Shown here: positions 28,503 through 32,000 of the stretch, one piece after another
Layout of the letters: every line of letters begins with the position of its first letter
Numbering within the stretch: position 1 is the stretch's first letter
Assembly (NCBI GenBank): GCA_963806635.1
Contig: CAWDZA010000002.1
Location: forward strand, 68,048-100,047
Direction: 5' to 3'
Source of the DNA: an uncultured Chloroflexia bacterium
GTDB taxonomy: Bacteria > Chloroflexota > Anaerolineae > Anaerolineales > Anaerolineaceae
DNA length: 32,000 nucleotides
The notes under the pieces: generated by a model
What the model was told of the DNA's origin: nothing
Seen by the model: only the letters and a program-made list of their open reading frames with translations
Database searches by the model: none
Made by a program: the position numbers and the translations under genes

Positions 28503-30101
28503 TCATTTCTCCTGGATGGTCACCGAAAGGATCGTATCCGCGGTGGGCAGAGTGCCGCCCTGGGAAGGATCGCGTTTGGTGAGCGCGTTGACCACGTCCA
28601 TACCCTCCACCACCCGGCCAAAGATGGTGTAATTGCCATCCAGGTTGGGCTGTGGGGCGAGGGTAATAAAGAACTGCGAACCATTCGTTCCGGAACCTGA
28701 ATTAGCCATGCCCAGAACGCCGGCGGCGTCAAACTTGAGATCAGGGCTGATCTCATCCCCGAACTGGTAGCCCGGTCCGCCCAGGCCCGTGCCGGTGGGG
28801 TCGCCCGTCTGGGCAACGAAGCCATCCAGCACACGGTGGAAGGGCACGCCATCGAACCATTTATTTTGGGCCAGGAATACCAGGCTGTTGACGGTGAGCG
28901 GGGCCTGCTTCGCAAAAAGCTCCACCACGATATCACCCTTGGTGGTCTGGATGGTGGCAGTATATTGCTTATTGGGGTCGACCACCATCGGCGGGCATTC
29001 CTTATATGACTTCTGCTCCAGTTTCCAAATATTCAGAACGGCATCCAGGTTTTCCTTGCTCAGTCCGATGGAATCGTTTGGATCCACGTTCACGGCAAAG
29101 ACAAGTTTGCCGCCCATTTCAATGAAGACGGAAGGCGTGGCGTTGACGCCCACATTCCCCGCCGCGGTGCGGAACTCTTCCACTTTCTTGACCATGGCAT
29201 CGCTTGTGAGGTCTTTGGTGAACTGCTCTGCATCCAGTCCAATTTCACCTGCTTTTCCAATGACCCAGGTCTGAAAGTCCTCGGGGGTCATCGCAGCCCA
29301 GGTCTGCCAGGTATCCGGGTTGAAGAGCACGTCGTGCATCTCCCAGAATTTACCTTGCAGGGAGGCTGCTTCGGCCGCCTGGAGGGCGATGGCGGATTTA
29401 TCGTGGCTGAGAGGGAAGTGCCGGTAAACGAAGCGGACGTCGTTGGGGTTGTCTTTGATGAATTGCTCCATCACGGGAGCAAGCTGGGCGCAGTACGGTC
29501 AGGTAAAGTCTGAATATTCGATGATGGTCATCACCGCATCTGCAGGACCTTTAACATAGTCCGTGCTGCTGACGGGCGGCAGTTTGGCAGCGTACTCCGT
29601 TTTCTCGGGTGGGAAGATCGAGGTGGCTGGCAGGCATTCACCAGGTTTGGCACCCACGATCTCCGGCACGGCCGTGGCAGCGGAGGGGGTTAATTCATTT
29701 CCGGCTGACTCCACCTGGGTGGTGCTCGCGCTGTTCTGGCTGCCGATGGGCAGGAATCTGCCCGCCAGCCCCGCGCCAACGATCAGCAGCAGGACAACAA
29801 CTCCGCCGAGCACATACAGCCAGGTGCGGTTCTTTGGTTTTTGCGCCGTTCCGGGAACTTCGTCAGGCGTTTTTACGCTCTTATCCGCTGCATAGCGGTC
29901 GTAATCCGCCCGGCGGGTTTTATCGGAAAGCACCTGGTAGGCTTCCTCGATGGCGGCAAAGTCCTTTTCCGCCTTGTCTTTCTGGGCGGGGTCCTCGAAT
30001 TTATCGGGGTGGAATGCCTGAAGGAGGAACTGGTAGCGCTCCTCAATTTCCTTTTTGCTCGCGTTCTTTGGGACACCAATAATATCGTAATAATCTTTCA
30101 T
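28503..30101 (-). CDS. Candidate selenoprotein: DnaJ-like J-domain, TM helix, thioredoxin/DsbA-like domain with U-P-Y-C motif (TGA at 29499-29501), cyclophilin-type peptidyl-prolyl isomerase
   Basis: ORFs 29499..30188 and 28503..29474 share one frame (30188 and 29474 are both 2 mod 3) and are split by a single TGA. Sequence: [15 protein letters not shown]...[10 protein letters not shown] (HPD); [21 protein letters not shown] (TM); [11 protein letters not shown]-[TGA][31 protein letters not shown] (Trx/DsbA-like); [20 protein letters not shown]...[25 protein letters not shown]...[13 protein letters not shown] (cyclophilin). Start is taken as the ATG at 30101. Confidence 0.75.
29463..29482 (-). 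promoter_or_regulatory. Putative bacterial SECIS-like hairpin downstream of the in-frame TGA
   Basis: mRNA: UGA-(CCGUACUGCGCCCAGC, 16 nt)-UUGCUCC-CGUGAU-GGAGCAA. Perfect 7-bp stem, 6-nt loop with G at loop position 2; the loop begins 23 nt after the UGA. Confidence 0.5.
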
Positions 30102-30105
30102 ATAT

Positions 30106-30735
30106 CTACCTCTCTTGGATTGCCGGCAGGCGGGAATCGACCGCCGCACGAATTTGGGATTGTACCACACTGCTTTCGTGGGCGGCATCGATGACCACCC
30201 AGCGCTGAGGCGCTTCCGCGGCCAGCTTCAAGTAACCGGCGCGCACCCGCTGGTGCAGCTCCAGCTGGTAATCGTCCATACGGTTCCATTCACCTCCGCC
30301 GCTTTTGCGGCGTTTCAAGCCCTGCTCGGCGTCTATATCCAACAACAGGGTCAGATCGGGAACGAGGCCCCCTGTGGCGAAATTCAGTATCTGGCGCAGC
30401 TGATCCAGGTCGTTGCCATGCCCGTAGCCCTGGTAAGCCAGGGTGGAATCGGCGTAGCGGTCGGAGATGACCACCTCGCCTTTTTCCAGATGAGGGCGAA
30501 TCACTTCGGCCACAAGTTGGGCGCGGGCAGAGCAGAAGAGCAGGGTTTCGGTGCGCGGATCCATGCCCTGGTTGCGCATGTTCATCAGGATCTCCCGCAC
30601 CTGGTCGCTGATCTCGGTACCCCCCGGTTCGCGGGTGGTAAGGACGGTGTACCCCTGCGAGCGTAGATGATCTGCCAGGGGCAGCATCTGGCTGGTCTTT
30701 CCGCTTCCATCGGGGCCTTCAAGAGTAATGAACAT
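30106..30735 (-). CDS. tmk: Thymidylate kinase
   Basis: MFITLEGPDGSGKTSQ, TREPGGTEISDQVREIL, DRYADSTLAYQGYG; the ORF extends to 30828 but the likely start is MFITLEG. Confidence 0.95.
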   Translation of the reverse strand: MFITLEGPDGSGKTSQMLPLADHLRSQGYTVLTTREPGGTEISDQVREILMNMRNQGMDPRTETLLFCSARAQLVAEVIRPHLEKGEVVISDRYADSTLAYQGYGHGNDLDQLRQILNFATGGLVPDLTLLLDIDAEQGLKRRKSGGGEWNRMDDYQLELHQRVRAGYLKLAAEAPQRWVVIDAAHESSVVQSQIRAAVDSRLPAIQER

Positions 30736-30862
30736 ATCTATTTTTCGTTTCGCAGAGGCGCAGGGGAGGGAAAAAGCGTGCAGGCGAAGCATGGAAATGC
30801 AAGGTAGAGTACCATTCTGCTTCGGCAATCGTGTTTTAATCTTTGCATCTCTACGTTAACCA

Positions 30863-32000
30863 TCAATCTTTAAATATCCGCACCCGCCGGTTGGGATCCT
30901 TGCCGTAGGAATGCGAAACGAGCTCCGCCTGGCGGGCCAGGTCGTGCTGCAGGCGGCGGACGGAGGGTGTTGCGGGTGGCAGGTCCACAAAGCGCTGCCC
31001 GTTGAGCACCGCCTGGATGGCAGCCTGGGTCTGCTCGGCGGCGGATTCGTAATCACCATTCACATATCCGCCGGAGGGCAGGTTGAAAAGCTCGCCCAGG
31101 GCCTGTTCCATCTGGGTGACGGTGTTGGCGCGCAGGACGTAGATCGGTGACGCCGCGGGCTTCGGCTTCCAGGATCACCTGCTGGCGGTTGCGGTAGTAG
31201 GTGCGCAGGGTGATGAGCACCTCGGCATCGCCGGGCTCGCGGGTGATGATGGCCGGCACGCCCATGCGTTTGGCAGCCTGCAGCAGGCGGTTGCGTGCCA
31301 CCCCGTAGGGATAAATACGGATCGCGGGCAGCGCGGAGAGTTCCGGCGGATACTGCTCGCCATTGGTCACTTCCTCGCGGCGGCGAGGTTCGCGATCGGT
31401 GGAAAGCGGGGTACCCTCCACCCGCAAAGGTGCGGCGCTGCCCCTGCACAGCCTGGCGCTGGATGGGCGGGGTGGAGGCTTTTTCGGTGTGGATGCCGCC
31501 TTCGGCATCCCGCGAGCGGATCTCGGGGTGCAGCGGGTAGCCGCGCACCAGTTCATCCACCGCTTCGGCCACATCGTGGATGAACGACCAGCCGGTCGCG
31601 TTCCTGGATCTCGACCAGCACGTCGAAGGTGGGCGGGGCGCGGCGCTCGAGGACGGTCTTCTGCGTGCCGCGGCGGCGGGCTTCTTCATCAGAAAGGGTC
31701 ACGGATTCGATCCCGCCGATCAGGTCGGAGAGGGTGGGGTTGAGGAGCAGGTTTTCGAGGGTGCGTCCGTGGGCGGTGGCCACAAGCTGCACACCGCGCT
31801 CGGCGATGGTGCGGGCAGCCAGGGCTTCCAGCTCGCGCCCGATCTCATCGATGACGATCACCTCGGGGTTGTGGTTCTCGACTGCCTCGATCATCACCTC
31901 ATGCTGCAGGGTGGGCAGTGCGCACCTGCATGCGGCGCGCGCGTCCCACGGCCGGGTGGGGCACATCGCCATCCCCGCCGATCTCGTTGGAGGTATCCAC
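30863..32000 (-). CDS. R3H domain / SpoIIIAA-like (Ycf45-type) AAA ATPase, 5' end outside window, several frameshifts
   Basis: [26 protein letters not shown] (31925-32000), [102 protein letters not shown], and C-terminal R3H: LFNLPSG...[29 protein letters not shown]. The pieces lie in different frames. Confidence 0.85.

Noticed and set aside
29499-29501. Genome-wide reassignment of UGA (e.g. to Trp or Gly)
   Set aside because: Other genes in the window end at expected lengths with TGA stops (e.g. the small membrane protein at 11643), and Trp is encoded by TGG throughout. Recoding would have to be local.
29499-30101. Reading the J-domain ORF as a complete stand-alone J-domain protein and 28503..29474 as an independent PPIase starting at GTG 29474
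   Set aside because: The upstream ORF ends in the middle of the first beta-alpha unit of the Trx fold, and the GTG start would remove the active site. No Shine-Dalgarno-like sequence precedes it. The joined frame restores a complete domain.
1-32000. tRNA, rRNA, transposase or prophage genes
   Set aside because: None could be recognised by eye; a tRNAscan-SE/Infernal run would be needed to exclude small RNA genes.

Overview
32 kb of high-GC bacterial chromosome, gene content resembling Chloroflexota/Anaerolineae (taxonomy is inference only). Housekeeping genes: priA, clpC, PLP aminotransferase, sugar nucleotidyltransferase, M3 peptidase, radA, holA, plsY-like, galE, comEC, plsC-like, tmk, and an R3H/SpoIIIAA-like ATPase. 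A block of GT-C/GT2-type envelope enzymes lies at about 14.8-27.7 kb. The most notable observation is at 28503-30101 (minus). Two ORFs listed separately in the ORF track are in the same frame and are separated by one TGA (29499-29501). That TGA sits exactly where the first Cys of a thioredoxin/DsbA-type CPYC motif is expected (EYSDFT-[TGA]-PYC-AQLAPV). Sixteen nt downstream is a perfect 7-bp hairpin with a 6-nt loop that fits the loose bacterial SECIS rules. Read through, this gives a ~532-aa protein: J-domain, TM helix, UxxC thioredoxin-like domain, cyclophilin-type PPIase. It is a candidate selenoprotein with an unusual chaperone/redox/isomerase architecture. Other points of interest are a DUF559 endonuclease-like gene bracketed by a 24-nt direct repeat and hairpins, a ComEC whose metallo-beta-lactamase domain has lost its metal-ligand motif, and a truncated tandem paralogue of a large membrane protein. 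At least 12 single-gene frameshifts indicate an indel-prone assembly, which must be kept in mind for the TGA claim.
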